From the IMG/VR virus record IMGVR_UViG_3300018080_008188, positions 1-64,000 of that record: a stretch of 64,000 bases of DNA; one strand, written 5' to 3'. How positions within the stretch are numbered: position 1 is the stretch's first letter; each line of letters begins with the position of its first letter. The position numbers were made by a program, and so were the translations under genes. The DNA is from a virus. This document shows, piece by piece, positions 1 to 10,404 of the stretch. The notes beneath the pieces were generated by a model. The model was not told the origin of the DNA. It saw only the letters and a list, made by a program, of their open reading frames with translations, and made no database searches.

Positions 1-6
1 GCCGCA

Positions 7-996
7 ATGATAATGAAGAAGGCGGCCATGGACAGGCTTCCGGCGCTGTCGATCGACCTGTGGAGCGACGAGCAGCTGGGGGAGGTTCTGAACACTCCCG
101 AGCTTGCCGAGAAGCTTGCTGGCAAAGTCGAAGAAATCAAGGTCATGCCCGGAGTTTCGCTCAACATGCTGGCTGCGGCCGTCATGAGGGCGCTGCGCGC
201 CGGCATCAAGGTTCCGGAAGAGGTCATGGCGCGCGCCGTGGATGAGCTGAAGAAGTTTCCCAAGCTGATGGGCAAGATCGGCCCCGAACGCAAGCCACAG
301 GGTCTGACCGAAGTCGGTCCCGCGCGCGAGATGGGATGGTGGGGAATCTGGCTGTACGGACAGCCCTTAGGCTTTGTGGACAGCAAAAGCTCCGCATGGC
401 TCGTGAAAAACCGCCTTGCCAACCGCTTTTCGGAAGATCCTGAAAGCGCCGGAATCTGGTTCAAAAGAAACATGGCAGCTATTCTGGAGCACGAGATTCA
501 GCGACAGCTCTCGACCGCCGGTCATGCCGAATGGTTTACGACGAGGCCGGATAAGATTCCGACCGACACAAAAGCTTTGCGCCAGATGATGGGTCCGGGC
601 TCGTCCAGGGAGCGCAAGAAGCTGATAGAGAAAGCTGTCGATGTTTTCAAGACTCCGGAAGATTTCGAACCCTCCAAAGAATCGGTCATAACCACCGGTA
701 GTCCGGACCCCGACACTAAAGAATCTGCGAAATGGGACAAAACATACCACGAGTCCGGACTTTCCGCAGACGAGGGCAACACATTCGGAAACCAAGCCAA
801 TGCGTCGTACAGGCGTTCGAGAAAGGCTGCCGAAGATTTCGTGCAGCCGTGGGCGGACGAAATCAACCGCAAAACCGACCTGGAACACCCGGAACACGAA
901 TACATGGAGGAGATGGAAAAGGAAAGCTCGTTTCCTCCGATGGCCAGAAAAAGGAGAGTGAAGTCGCCTCCCCTTTCCATGAGAAAAGGAAGGTAG
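7..996 (+). CDS. hypothetical protein (probably the C-terminal part of a longer ORF cut by the window edge)
   Basis: Frame is open back to base 1. It begins IMKKA|A, a motif found at domain borders elsewhere. It ends 3 nt before the portal gene. Confidence 0.7.
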   Translation: MIMKKAAMDRLPALSIDLWSDEQLGEVLNTPELAEKLAGKVEEIKVMPGVSLNMLAAAVMRALRAGIKVPEEVMARAVDELKKFPKLMGKIGPERKPQGLTEVGPAREMGWWGIWLYGQPLGFVDSKSSAWLVKNRLANRFSEDPESAGIWFKRNMAAILEHEIQRQLSTAGHAEWFTTRPDKIPTDTKALRQMMGPGSSRERKKLIEKAVDVFKTPEDFEPSKESVITTGSPDPDTKESAKWDKTYHESGLSADEGNTFGNQANASYRRSRKAAEDFVQPWADEINRKTDLEHPEHEYMEEMEKESSFPPMARKRRVKSPPLSMRKGR

Positions 997-999
997 CAC

Positions 1000-3900
1000 A
1001 TGATAGTCAGGCAAGGGGTAAAAGCATCCCATGTTCCAAAAACCGTGAGGGTCATGCCGAAAGTGGCCAGTCTCCTCTCCGAGGAGAGGCGCCAGCAGCT
1101 GGCAGACGATGTGCTGGGCGGTCGCATAAGGGAGGGGCATAGCTATGCCGGTAGTCCTCTTGTGCGCGGAGGGGCGGCAGAGCCCCCGCCTCAGCCGATG
1201 GACCGCGGGATCGTGCGCGGCACATGGGCGGCCCCATACGACCCGTATCCCGCAAGAAGCAGAAAATCGGACATGGGATCATTGGCAGCCGTGGCGCACA
1301 GCCCGTCGTACAAGAAGGCGCAGCTGGAGAAGACCGCCGCCACCACGGCGACCTCTGGCGGAAGAACGACTTCAGCCGGAGCATCCGTCGAGAGGCTGGC
1401 GCCGGAAGTGTATTCCCCGCTGTTCACGATGGCGAACCTCAACCTGCCGCGAGACAGGATCACGGTGAACGCCTGGCTTAGGAACTTTTACGATTTGCAT
1501 CCGATCGTGCGCAACGCCATCACGCTTCACGCCACATACCCGATCAGCAAGTTGACTGTTAAGTGCGCGAACCATGATGTCGAGAACTTCTTCAACGACA
1601 TGGCCGAGGAGATGGACCTTCTTGGCGTGCTGTCCCAAGTCGCCTTGGAATACTGGAAAATGGGCGAGTGCGTGCCTGGAAATTCAATGATCACTACTAA
1701 GAACGGTGATAAGCGGGCTGTTGATATACAGGTTGGCGATCTTGTTTTGACACATGAGGGAAGGTTTAGGAAAGTTGCCCAGAGACTTGTAAATTGGAAG
1801 CACAGCGAAGTGATCGGTATCAGAGCACGTTGTTTTCCAGAAGTCATGGAGGTATCTGGGAACCATCCGATCATGGCAGTAAATATGGCCGGGAAAACGG
1901 GTTATATGAAAAGATGCGTCGTCAAAAATGGGGTTGTCACATATGTCAAGGACTTGGATAAGGGACGTCGGTGGACTGCTGCTGAAAATCTCAGCAAGGG
2001 AGATCTTCTTGTAATTCCTGTAAACAGGGATGTTGAAGACAACAGTCGCATGACAGCACAATGGTGCCGCATGCTTGGTCTTTGGCTGGCGGAAGGGTCT
2101 TTTGGAAAAAATACGGATGGAGAGGTTAAACACCCGATTATAAGCAATTACAATGACAACCTATGGCGCGACTATGAGAGCGTATTTGACAAATGTGGAA
2201 TGCGCTTGGTAAAATCCAAAACCAACGGAAATGGCGCTCTAAGGTCCAAAGCCGCTGGTCGCTGGAAAACCGCCGAAGAAGCAAGGTTTCTGTATAAGAA
2301 TGCAGGTCAATATTCTGGCGGAAAGATTTTGTCTCGTGCCGTGATGCTTCTTCCTCCAAAAAAACAACTTGAGATTATTGCCGGTTTTGTAGACGGTGAT
2401 GGGTGGATACATCGCGGAGCAATTGAAATGGGAACCGTATCAAGAAATCTTGCGATACAATTCAGGCAAATACTTGCGCGCAATTGGATTCTGGCCTCTG
2501 TAGGTCTTGATAAAAGGTCTGAACGCCGAGAAGACAGGAAAAACTTGTATACAATATGTATTCCTGGCATGTATGCCAAAAAATTCACTTTGTGCTCGCG
2601 ATTGTCTGGAAAACTTGACCGTCAGAGAAAACTCCATCCGTCAAGACCAAACAGCCTCCCAAGAAACAAGTTTGGAAAAGATGGTCACATTTTGTCGCCC
2701 ATCATATCTGTTGACCGTCGCAGACTATCAAAGGGAGAGCCGCTATTTAATTTTGAAGTTGAGGAAGACAATTCGTATTGTTCTCATGGGTTCGCCGTAC
2801 ACAATTGTTTTCCGTACGCTGAACTGGACGAACATACGGGTAAATGGCGCAAAATCATTATACAAAATCCTGACTACATACACGTCAAGAAAACAGTGGT
2901 ATCAAGCGAGCCCGTGATATCCCTGCGCCCGGACAAGGTCCTACAGCGCATTGTGATGAGCAACAACCCGGCTGACATACAGCTTCGCAAGCAGATACCG
3001 ACCGATGTCCTGTACCATGTGCGCAAGGGGCAGAACATACCGCTGGACAACTTCAACGTGAGCCACCTCAAGCTTCTGTCAAGCCCGTACGATGTGCGTG
3101 GAACCAGCGTGATCGTCAGCGTATTCAAGGACCTGATGCTATACGACAAGCTGCGCGAAGCCAAGTACGCCCAAGCCGACGGTCTGGTCAATCCCATAAC
3201 ACTTGTTAAGGTTGGAGGAACAGCCGAGGGGGAATACCACCCCACTCCTGAGGATATAGAATACTGGAGAAATATCATAGAGGAAGCTCAGTATGACAAA
3301 GACTTCAAGATCATTACGCATGCCGGAATGGCAATCGAGCGCGTAGGCGCCTCCGGTTCCGTGCTGGAAGTCGGGAGCGACATAGACCTCATCATCAAGA
3401 ACGTGTTTTGGGGGCTCATGGTTCCGCAGGCTGTCGTCGACTCCGAGAGCGCAGCCTATGCGTCGGCATCGATCGGATTGGAGGTTCTCAGGCAAAGATA
3501 CTTCAACTTCAGGAACATGCTGGCCAAGTGGCTGGTCAACAAGATTTTCGCGCCGATCAGCGAGATTCAGGGTTTCTACGAGTACAAGGACGGTGAGAAG
3601 CGCCTCATCGTCCCCGAGGTGGAGTGGAACCACATGAACCTGTACGACCTGCAGGACTATGTGGCCAACATTTCCAGCCTCGTGACGAGCAAGCAGGCGT
3701 CGCTGCAGACCCTGTATCGCAGCCTGGGTCTCAACTACGAGGAAGAGCGGAAAAAGATGCGCCATGAGATGATCGACAATGTCATCACCCAGCGCGAGGA
3801 GGCTGTGCTTGGCACGCTGCCGCTTACGCACCTGCGCAGCATCGACCCGGAGCAGGAGATCATGGAGCCGCTTCCTGGGGAGGAAGGCATGGCGCCTGTC

Positions 3901-4152
3901 GGGGGAATGGGAGCAATGCCTGGTGGAATGGGCGGAGAGATGGGCGGAATGCCCGGAGGCATGCCCGGAGGTCTTGGCGGGGGAGGCGGAATGGGTCCTC
4001 TCGGCATGCCTGAGCTGGGTCCTCCAGGAGCCGGCGGCGAAATGGGCGGTCCGGGAGCTCCCATGGGCGGCGGAGCAACGCCGCCGCTTGGTCCCGGCAC
4101 GCCGGGGGCGGCGCCTATCGAAGGCGGTCCTGGCGGCCTTCCGCCCCTCTAG
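1000..4152 (+). CDS. phage portal protein with intein and Pro/Gly/Met-rich C-terminal tail
   Basis: Portal-like segments (RNFYDLHPIVRNAITLHATYP; HLKLLSSPYDVRGTSVIVSVFKDLMLYDKLREA; SLQTLYRSLGLNYEEE). Lies at the start of the head module. Confidence 0.8.
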   Translation: MIVRQGVKASHVPKTVRVMPKVASLLSEERRQQLADDVLGGRIREGHSYAGSPLVRGGAAEPPPQPMDRGIVRGTWAAPYDPYPARSRKSDMGSLAAVAHSPSYKKAQLEKTAATTATSGGRTTSAGASVERLAPEVYSPLFTMANLNLPRDRITVNAWLRNFYDLHPIVRNAITLHATYPISKLTVKCANHDVENFFNDMAEEMDLLGVLSQVALEYWKMGECVPGNSMITTKNGDKRAVDIQVGDLVLTHEGRFRKVAQRLVNWKHSEVIGIRARCFPEVMEVSGNHPIMAVNMAGKTGYMKRCVVKNGVVTYVKDLDKGRRWTAAENLSKGDLLVIPVNRDVEDNSRMTAQWCRMLGLWLAEGSFGKNTDGEVKHPIISNYNDNLWRDYESVFDKCGMRLVKSKTNGNGALRSKAAGRWKTAEEARFLYKNAGQYSGGKILSRAVMLLPPKKQLEIIAGFVDGDGWIHRGAIEMGTVSRNLAIQFRQILARNWILASVGLDKRSERREDRKNLYTICIPGMYAKKFTLCSRLSGKLDRQRKLHPSRPNSLPRNKFGKDGHILSPIISVDRRRLSKGEPLFNFEVEEDNSYCSHGFAVHNCFPYAELDEHTGKWRKIIIQNPDYIHVKKTVVSSEPVISLRPDKVLQRIVMSNNPADIQLRKQIPTDVLYHVRKGQNIPLDNFNVSHLKLLSSPYDVRGTSVIVSVFKDLMLYDKLREAKYAQADGLVNPITLVKVGGTAEGEYHPTPEDIEYWRNIIEEAQYDKDFKIITHAGMAIERVGASGSVLEVGSDIDLIIKNVFWGLMVPQAVVDSESAAYASASIGLEVLRQRYFNFRNMLAKWLVNKIFAPISEIQGFYEYKDGEKRLIVPEVEWNHMNLYDLQDYVANISSLVTSKQASLQTLYRSLGLNYEEERKKMRHEMIDNVITQREEAVLGTLPLTHLRSIDPEQEIMEPLPGEEGMAPVGGMGAMPGGMGGEMGGMPGGMPGGLGGGGGMGPLGMPELGPPGAGGEMGGPGAPMGGGATPPLGPGTPGAAPIEGGPGGLPPL
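1669..2805 (+). mobile_element. intein with LAGLIDADG homing endonuclease (379 aa)
   Basis: N-terminal C(VPGNSMITT); block B SGNHPI; LAGLIDADG motifs LGLWLAEGS and IAGFVDGDG; block F/G FNFEVEEDNSY...VHN followed by +1 Cys. Visibly AT-richer than the flanks. Confidence 0.95.
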
Positions 4153-4164
4153 GAAAGGTGAGAA

Positions 4165-4587
4165 ATGGAAAAGTCTGACCTGCTGTTCAAGTCTGCCTGC
4201 CAAAAATGGCATGCAAGGTTTGGAAAGAGCATAAAAGAATCCAACGCTGAAGACGCAGGCGTCATGCGGAAGCATGTAGAGAGGCAGATAAATGCGTGGA
4301 TAGTTGAAAAGCGAAAAATCTCAAAAGAAATAACGGAGCTTGAGCGAATGCTTGCCGACGCCAAAAAAAAGCACTATTCGGCCAGGCTCAGAGCTTCAAT
4401 GCTTGAGCAGCTGTACATTTTCATGAAGCGCGGCGAAAGAGTCATCAGGGACGACATTAGGCGCTTAGCAGACAAGAAAACTGCCGAAGGGGTCGGGGAA
4501 AAAGGGACCAAAGTCGAAGGGGATGTTTTCGCTGCAAAAGAAGACAAAAAGAGCAAATTTTCCGGAGGGGAAAATGACAACGAATAA
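4165..4587 (+). CDS. hypothetical coiled-coil protein
   Basis: 140-aa ORF with a purine-rich RBS, tightly packed between its neighbours. Confidence 0.7.
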   Translation: MEKSDLLFKSACQKWHARFGKSIKESNAEDAGVMRKHVERQINAWIVEKRKISKEITELERMLADAKKKHYSARLRASMLEQLYIFMKRGERVIRDDIRRLADKKTAEGVGEKGTKVEGDVFAAKEDKKSKFSGGENDNE

Positions 4588-6169
4588 AAAGCTGATGCTG
4601 GCAAAGCTGGCTTCCATGTCGCATTTTCTGGACGACGCTGGTTTGTATGCGGACGCTGACATCATCGATGCGACTATTAAGCGCATTGCAAGCAAACCTG
4701 GCAATCTGGAAATGCTGAAGGAGGCCGGATTTTGGCGCAACATCATGAAGCGAATTTCAGGAAGAGCCAGGCGCATCCTCGAAAAGAGTTATCGCAACAT
4801 GTACAGCCGCGCTTTGGAATCGCAGAAGCAGATGGAAGTCGGTCTTCAGAGCATGTTGGAAAAGGCTAAAGAACTAAGGAAACCGCTCAAATTGTACGAC
4901 ATCGGCGGATGGCAGCGTGGCGTGGCATCTGTCCTAACCGGGGTCAACATTCCGAATTTCGTTGCGTATCACGATTTCCAGCAGGCCTTTAACACCTACC
5001 AGAAGGAAATGAGCCAGCAGCTCACCGGCGGTGAGATAGGCGACATTGGTGGGGAAGGCATTCAGCCGGTTCCGGAATTCGGCGAGGAGCCTGCGGCACC
5101 CGCTTCGGAAGGGGAGTCTGCCGGTCCCCAAGAGCTTCCGGGAGCCGAGTTTCTCAGAAGGCGTGAAAGAGAGGAGGGGGATGTGCCCGTACAGCAGCCT
5201 TATTTGCGCCAGCTGTGGGAGGAGTCCGAAAGGCCCGTGTCTTCGCTTCCGGTTCAGGAAGAGCACAAGCCCCCTTTCGCGGGCGGGGACGAGCCTGAAG
5301 AAGCGGGCGAACTGCCAAAATTGCCTGATGAACTTCCAGGTCCTGGAGAAGCGCCTGAGGTTGCCAAGGAACTTCCTGAGAAGGAGCCGGAAGCGGCACC
5401 CGAGCCTCAAGCTGAGCTGAAAACTACTCCCGGTGAGCCTGCGGCAGAACCTGAAGCCGCAGAGGTTGCTTGGGAAGAAGAGCCTGAAGTTCCGGAGGCG
5501 CCGGAAGAAGCCAGCATGACCGAAGAAGAGAAAGATGCTGCCGAGCCGGAAGTGCCCGAGGAAGCTACCGACGAGGAAGGCGAGGAGGTTAGGGAGGAAC
5601 AGTGGACGGAGCGGGTTTTCAGCGGAGTTAAAAAGAGTTCGCGCAAGATACCTGTGGAAGTGTCGTCCGACGGCACCAAGATGCGTATGCCTTTTAAAGA
5701 CTACAAGAGGTTCGTCATGGGCATCAATGCCGATAGCCTCCCCGAAGCCGCCAGAAAGGCCGCCGGCAAAAACCGGCCGTTTCGCGAGACCGCGGATGGA
5801 ATAGTTCCCAACTGGGGCACTGCTCCGGACCAGCTAATAATGTTTATGGGTCCGGTATATTGGGACTCCAAGGTCGTCGACAACTACATAGTTATGAGCA
5901 GGACAGACAAGCCGCTTGACTGGGAGCAGGCGCCGGAGAGGCAGAGGGCGTTGTTCAGCCGGCATCTTGAGGAGCTTGAGAAGGCAAAGCGCGAAGCTGC
6001 GAAAAGAAAGGCCAGGATCATGCGAATCGCCGCGGACTATGAAGAAGCCGAAGGGGAAGACGACGGGGACCAGGAGAATCCAATCGACGCGCTTTCGGAA
6101 GCCGCCCGCGAGCTTCTTGGACAAAGCTCTGTGCGCATGACCGATATCGTTAGGATAGCGCGTTCGTAG
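4574..6169 (+). CDS. acidic Glu/Pro-rich putative head-internal protein
   Basis: ATG at 4574 after GGAGGGG. Carries the shared helical motif near the N-terminus (LASMSHFLDDAGLYADADIID). Confidence 0.75.
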   Translation: MTTNKKLMLAKLASMSHFLDDAGLYADADIIDATIKRIASKPGNLEMLKEAGFWRNIMKRISGRARRILEKSYRNMYSRALESQKQMEVGLQSMLEKAKELRKPLKLYDIGGWQRGVASVLTGVNIPNFVAYHDFQQAFNTYQKEMSQQLTGGEIGDIGGEGIQPVPEFGEEPAAPASEGESAGPQELPGAEFLRRREREEGDVPVQQPYLRQLWEESERPVSSLPVQEEHKPPFAGGDEPEEAGELPKLPDELPGPGEAPEVAKELPEKEPEAAPEPQAELKTTPGEPAAEPEAAEVAWEEEPEVPEAPEEASMTEEEKDAAEPEVPEEATDEEGEEVREEQWTERVFSGVKKSSRKIPVEVSSDGTKMRMPFKDYKRFVMGINADSLPEAARKAAGKNRPFRETADGIVPNWGTAPDQLIMFMGPVYWDSKVVDNYIVMSRTDKPLDWEQAPERQRALFSRHLEELEKAKREAAKRKARIMRIAADYEEAEGEDDGDQENPIDALSEAARELLGQSSVRMTDIVRIARS

Positions 6170-6177
6170 GAGGAAGC

Positions 6178-9100
6178 ATGCCCAGCATGGAGCCAGTGGC
6201 GCTTATGCGCCTGACGGAAACAGACGATCCGGACGAGTTGCTTAAAGAATGCGACAGGGACGACCTTGTGGTGGAGCACAAGCTGGACGGATGGAAGACC
6301 CAGATTGTCAAGAAAGACGGCAAGGTCTCGATCTATAGCAGGCGCGGGCAGGAAGTGACGGAGAATTTTCCCGAAATAGCCAAGGCTCTCTCAGGAATGC
6401 CGGACGGCACGCACATTGAGGGCGAGCTTGTCTACTGGAACGGAGGTAAGCAGGAGATAGGAAAAATGACCTCCTTGGCAAACAGTTCCGCCGAAAAATC
6501 GAGAAGCATGGCAAAGAGTCTTCCCGGGACTGTCAAATTCCATGCTTATGACATCATCAGAAAAGGCGGAAGCGATGTTTCGGGAAAGCCGTTTTCGGAG
6601 CGTAGGAAGATGCTGGAAAGCGCTGTCAGAAAGTCGGAAAAGATCAAGATTACAGAACAGTATCCCTTCTCATCATGGCAGGACGAGACAAAAAGAGCCG
6701 TCAAATCGGGCGGCGAAGGAATCGTGATCAAGCTCAAGAGTGCCACATATCATTGGAAGCCGTCGGGGGAGAGGGAGCCAAAGCCTTCCGGAACCATGTG
6801 GAAGTACAAGGGCGGCGGAGGAAAAAGCGATTCTGACGACTTTGTCGTGTACGACATGTCGATAGGAGAAAAGGGGAAAGCCAAAGCTAAGTTCGGTCAG
6901 TACTACAAGGATAAGCTGTACCACATCAGCGAAATCAGCAACTTGTCCGCAGAAGACGAAAAGAAGTTCAGGAAAAAGCTGAACAATGGACCATTCGTTA
7001 TAGAGATAGGGTTTCAGGAACGCGTCCCCAAGGGCTTGCGGCATCAGAAGTTTCTCAGGTTCCGGGACGACAAGGGCACCAAGGATGCCACGATGGGCGA
7101 ATTCCACGCCAAGCACATAGGCAAAATGAAGCTGGCAAAAGAGGCTATGCGCTTTGCAAGGCTTATTGCCTTGGCATCCGGGTCTGCCAAAATCATGCCG
7201 TTTTCGCGCAGTTGCCGCAAAAGCCTGGAGTGCGGGGACAAAAGCGTTACGCACAGGAGGGGTGATGAGCTTGGCAAATACGAAAGCGGCCAAGTGTGGG
7301 AAGCCGGATCGTACGGCGGAAAACGCTGGGGCATCATGCTTCGCGTTGCCAATGTGGAAAGAAAAAAGTGCGGAGAGGTCAAGAGTAAAGAAATGGATCC
7401 AGACGGAGATGTGGACATTGTGTCTTTCAAAGCGATAATTGACAAGGAGGCGTTTTTAAAGGGTCTCAAGATTCCTAGCTATCAGGAGCTTGTCGACCAT
7501 CTGAAAAGCCTCATCACCAGCCGAAAGAGTCCGTCCGAGCCGCCGACCGTACAGCCGGGTTTGGCGCTTGAAAGGCATGTGCCATCCGGATCGACAAAAG
7601 CCAATGCGCTTACGGCCGTTCCGGAGATCGATGTGCGGAAAGCCTATAATGTGATTGCTGGTCTTGAAAGCAGAGGCAAGTTTGTTGTCGGCGATTCCGG
7701 CACTTCTTTCGGAACCGTGCAGGTACAGCTGGGGAGCTTCGTGCGCCAGCTGATGAAAGACAGGCATCTGGAAGAGGCTTCCGGTCTTAGCAGGGACGAG
7801 CTTGCCAACATAGCCGCGTCGTGGCGCGAGGCATACAGCAAGCTCAGAAAAGCGGGCAGGAAGATCTGGAAGCCCGGATATGTGCGCGTGGACGAGAGCG
7901 CCGTTCGCGAAACTATGAAAAACAAGCGCAAGGTTTCGCGATGGGGAGGAAAGCTGGTGGTGCGCCACAGCCCCCAGAACATGCCGGGCATAGTCGTCAA
8001 GCGAAATGGAAGGTTTGTGGGGCTTGTCCTGGACCTAGACTATCTCAGAAATGAAATCGGCTTGAATGTCAACAGGTACATGGACAGGCTGTATCTCATA
8101 ACCGGACAGTACATAACTTCGGCCGTCGTTCGCAATTCCATAGCCAGGCTGCTCGTGGAGCAGAAGACGGGCGGAGCCTTCAGTAAATTCAGCAAGACAT
8201 TCACATCCAGGAATGTCAACGGCAATGCCAGCCTGCGCGCGCTTGCGGACAGGGCTTCCCAGCGCAACTTTTCCGCTCGCGCAAGGAGCGTCATGCAGGC
8301 CATACGGGAGTCCGGATACGATGTGGGAAATCCGCAGGCGTTCAACGCGTACCAGCTGCTGGCCATATCGAATGCGAGCGGCGTCGGCCGCGTCAGGGAT
8401 TTTCTCATGAACTGCCGCCTGTTCACCAGTGCGAATCTATATTATCTGAAGCGCGGAAATATCGCGCTGACGCGCGCGGGAATACCGTCCAGAATGCCTC
8501 CGCGCGGCGGAATTGCTGGCTTTCCGACTGAAAAGCTGAAAAAATGCCGAATTTCGGCTGCTGAAAAGCTGTCTGGAATTGTGGCGACGGCGGCAGAAAT
8601 GACAGAGCCCATTCCGGGATCAGGCATTGCCGGAGCTGTCAAGTACATCATAAGCCGCTATTTCGAAATGAGGGAAATTCCCCGGTACGAAATGCAGTTC
8701 GGACCTGTCGCGGCAATGTTTCCTCTGCCGAATCAAAGGCTCCTGAAAGTGGTGCTCAAAGGAAACATCGACATAAGCGAGGTCAGAGGGCTTCTTCCGG
8801 ACAAAATGGGCGGCTTCGACATCGAGTACATTGAAGGTCCGAAAAGAAAGTACGAGCCGAGCCCGAGCGCCGAATATGAGGTTCCCGCCGAACGCGAGTT
8901 CGAACGCGAGCAGGCGACGCCGGCAGATGTCGTGTCGCTGCTTCCGCTTCAGATGATGTCCAGATATATCCACCTTCTTGGCGCAGTAAAGAAACAGCTC
9001 GACGAAGAGGGCAAAAGCGTTTCTGACAGGGACCTCAAGGCAACGGTTCTCATGCATGTCGCGGACGAGCATGGGATGTCAAAGGAAGACCTGGAGGGAA

Positions 9101-10404
9101 TGGTGGGCACAAGCGTTGGGGAGTTTGCGGCAAGGGCTTTCTGCGAGTCGCCCCCGATGTACAAGCGCGCATCTGCCACGCTGGCATTTCCTGGTCAGTT
9201 TGCGGAGGATGTCAAGTCAGGCAAGCGAAACTTTACGATACGGCCTGGAGACATGCCGTTTCGCCCGGAAGAGGTTGTCACTGCCGTAACATATTCTGGC
9301 GCAAAGCTGTGCCGAATACGCATTCTTTCCAAAGAGAAGATGAGCCTGAACCGCATTGAGAAGGCGTTTGGATCAAGATGCGCCAAGGCGCTCGAAAGAA
9401 GGTTTGGGCCAAATAGAAGGTTTGTCGTCATACGGTTCGAGCGGTTCGATATGAACGAGGCGGACGATAGCGGGGACGACAGCAGGAAGGCGTCCGAGGT
9501 GCTAATAGACGGAGCCAAAACTCTTACGCGAAGCCAGATACAGAAACACTATTCCAAGCCGGCCGTCAGAAAGTCAATCATGTCCCGCATCAAGGGAAAA
9601 CCGGTTCTTGTGTACATAGGTGTGGGAAAAAACAACAAAGTCCTCAAGCGCAATCACGACGGAAAAGAAATTGTGATAACCGGCGACGACCAGTCCGGAG
9701 ACGAAAATCCTTCAAACTACTGGTACTGGGTGAAGAGGCGCGTTCTTTCCTTTCATGAAGTTTTCGGCACCAAGACAGACCTGGGCTTTGTGGACCTGGA
9801 TTTACACGGCGGATATCCGATCAAGAAGGCCAAGGAATATGCCAGGAAGCTCGTCCCTGAAATTCGGAAGAGGTTCGGCGCCGAAGCGACAATCTACGAA
9901 AGCGGCGGGACCGGGCTGCATGTGGAGTTTCGGCTCGGGGAGAAGACGTCCACCGATAAGCTGCGCAAGGACCTGCGCAGCATGCTTGACGACCTCAATG
10001 AGAATTTTGAGGGCGCTACGACGGGCGTCGTCAAGGATAGAGGAATGCGGACGGACGTCAGCACTCTGCACAACAAGGGCAGCATCAGGGTTCCGGGGTC
10101 CCTTGGGGAAACGCAGGGAAAAGTGAAAAAAAAGATTTCGTCTTCAAAAGATGTGGACGACAACTATGGAAATCTCGGTTACGGACAAAAGCATATTTCG
10201 GACGGACCGGAAGCGTCCGGAAGGGAAGGAGCCTTTTCTCCGCGCCCTCCGTCGTCCGTGGGCGAGCATGGCGGAGGGGGCTGGAACGCTTCGGACGACG
10301 GCGGTCCGCGATGGTATGAATCGGATGGCGATGCCGTAGGGGCCTTCTCTTCTAGGATAGACATGTTTAGAAAAGCCGGAGACGCTTGCGATGAGGATGA
10401 ATAG
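6178..10404 (+). CDS. polyprotein: ATP-dependent DNA ligase + ASCH-like + lysozyme/SLT-like + ASCH + LigD-type primase-polymerase (AEP)
   Basis: Ligase motifs EHKLDG, IEGELV, FHAYDII, EGIVIK, WKYK, LRHQKFLRFRDDK (~6178-7120). ASCH-like segments at ~7180-7440 and ~9170-9460 (FAEDVKSGKRNFTIR). IAGLESRG..GDSGTSFGTVQV at ~7650-7730. AEP motifs FVDLDL, SGGTGLHV, RTD...SIRVPGS (~9490-10130). Confidence 0.85.
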   Translation: MPSMEPVALMRLTETDDPDELLKECDRDDLVVEHKLDGWKTQIVKKDGKVSIYSRRGQEVTENFPEIAKALSGMPDGTHIEGELVYWNGGKQEIGKMTSLANSSAEKSRSMAKSLPGTVKFHAYDIIRKGGSDVSGKPFSERRKMLESAVRKSEKIKITEQYPFSSWQDETKRAVKSGGEGIVIKLKSATYHWKPSGEREPKPSGTMWKYKGGGGKSDSDDFVVYDMSIGEKGKAKAKFGQYYKDKLYHISEISNLSAEDEKKFRKKLNNGPFVIEIGFQERVPKGLRHQKFLRFRDDKGTKDATMGEFHAKHIGKMKLAKEAMRFARLIALASGSAKIMPFSRSCRKSLECGDKSVTHRRGDELGKYESGQVWEAGSYGGKRWGIMLRVANVERKKCGEVKSKEMDPDGDVDIVSFKAIIDKEAFLKGLKIPSYQELVDHLKSLITSRKSPSEPPTVQPGLALERHVPSGSTKANALTAVPEIDVRKAYNVIAGLESRGKFVVGDSGTSFGTVQVQLGSFVRQLMKDRHLEEASGLSRDELANIAASWREAYSKLRKAGRKIWKPGYVRVDESAVRETMKNKRKVSRWGGKLVVRHSPQNMPGIVVKRNGRFVGLVLDLDYLRNEIGLNVNRYMDRLYLITGQYITSAVVRNSIARLLVEQKTGGAFSKFSKTFTSRNVNGNASLRALADRASQRNFSARARSVMQAIRESGYDVGNPQAFNAYQLLAISNASGVGRVRDFLMNCRLFTSANLYYLKRGNIALTRAGIPSRMPPRGGIAGFPTEKLKKCRISAAEKLSGIVATAAEMTEPIPGSGIAGAVKYIISRYFEMREIPRYEMQFGPVAAMFPLPNQRLLKVVLKGNIDISEVRGLLPDKMGGFDIEYIEGPKRKYEPSPSAEYEVPAEREFEREQATPADVVSLLPLQMMSRYIHLLGAVKKQLDEEGKSVSDRDLKATVLMHVADEHGMSKEDLEGMVGTSVGEFAARAFCESPPMYKRASATLAFPGQFAEDVKSGKRNFTIRPGDMPFRPEEVVTAVTYSGAKLCRIRILSKEKMSLNRIEKAFGSRCAKALERRFGPNRRFVVIRFERFDMNEADDSGDDSRKASEVLIDGAKTLTRSQIQKHYSKPAVRKSIMSRIKGKPVLVYIGVGKNNKVLKRNHDGKEIVITGDDQSGDENPSNYWYWVKRRVLSFHEVFGTKTDLGFVDLDLHGGYPIKKAKEYARKLVPEIRKRFGAEATIYESGGTGLHVEFRLGEKTSTDKLRKDLRSMLDDLNENFEGATTGVVKDRGMRTDVSTLHNKGSIRVPGSLGETQGKVKKKISSSKDVDDNYGNLGYGQKHISDGPEASGREGAFSPRPPSSVGEHGGGGWNASDDGGPRWYESDGDAVGAFSSRIDMFRKAGDACDEDE

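Noticed and set aside
3890-4150. GC-rich repetitive stretch at the portal 3' end
   Set aside because: It encodes a Gly/Pro/Met disordered tail, which is common in portals of large phages.
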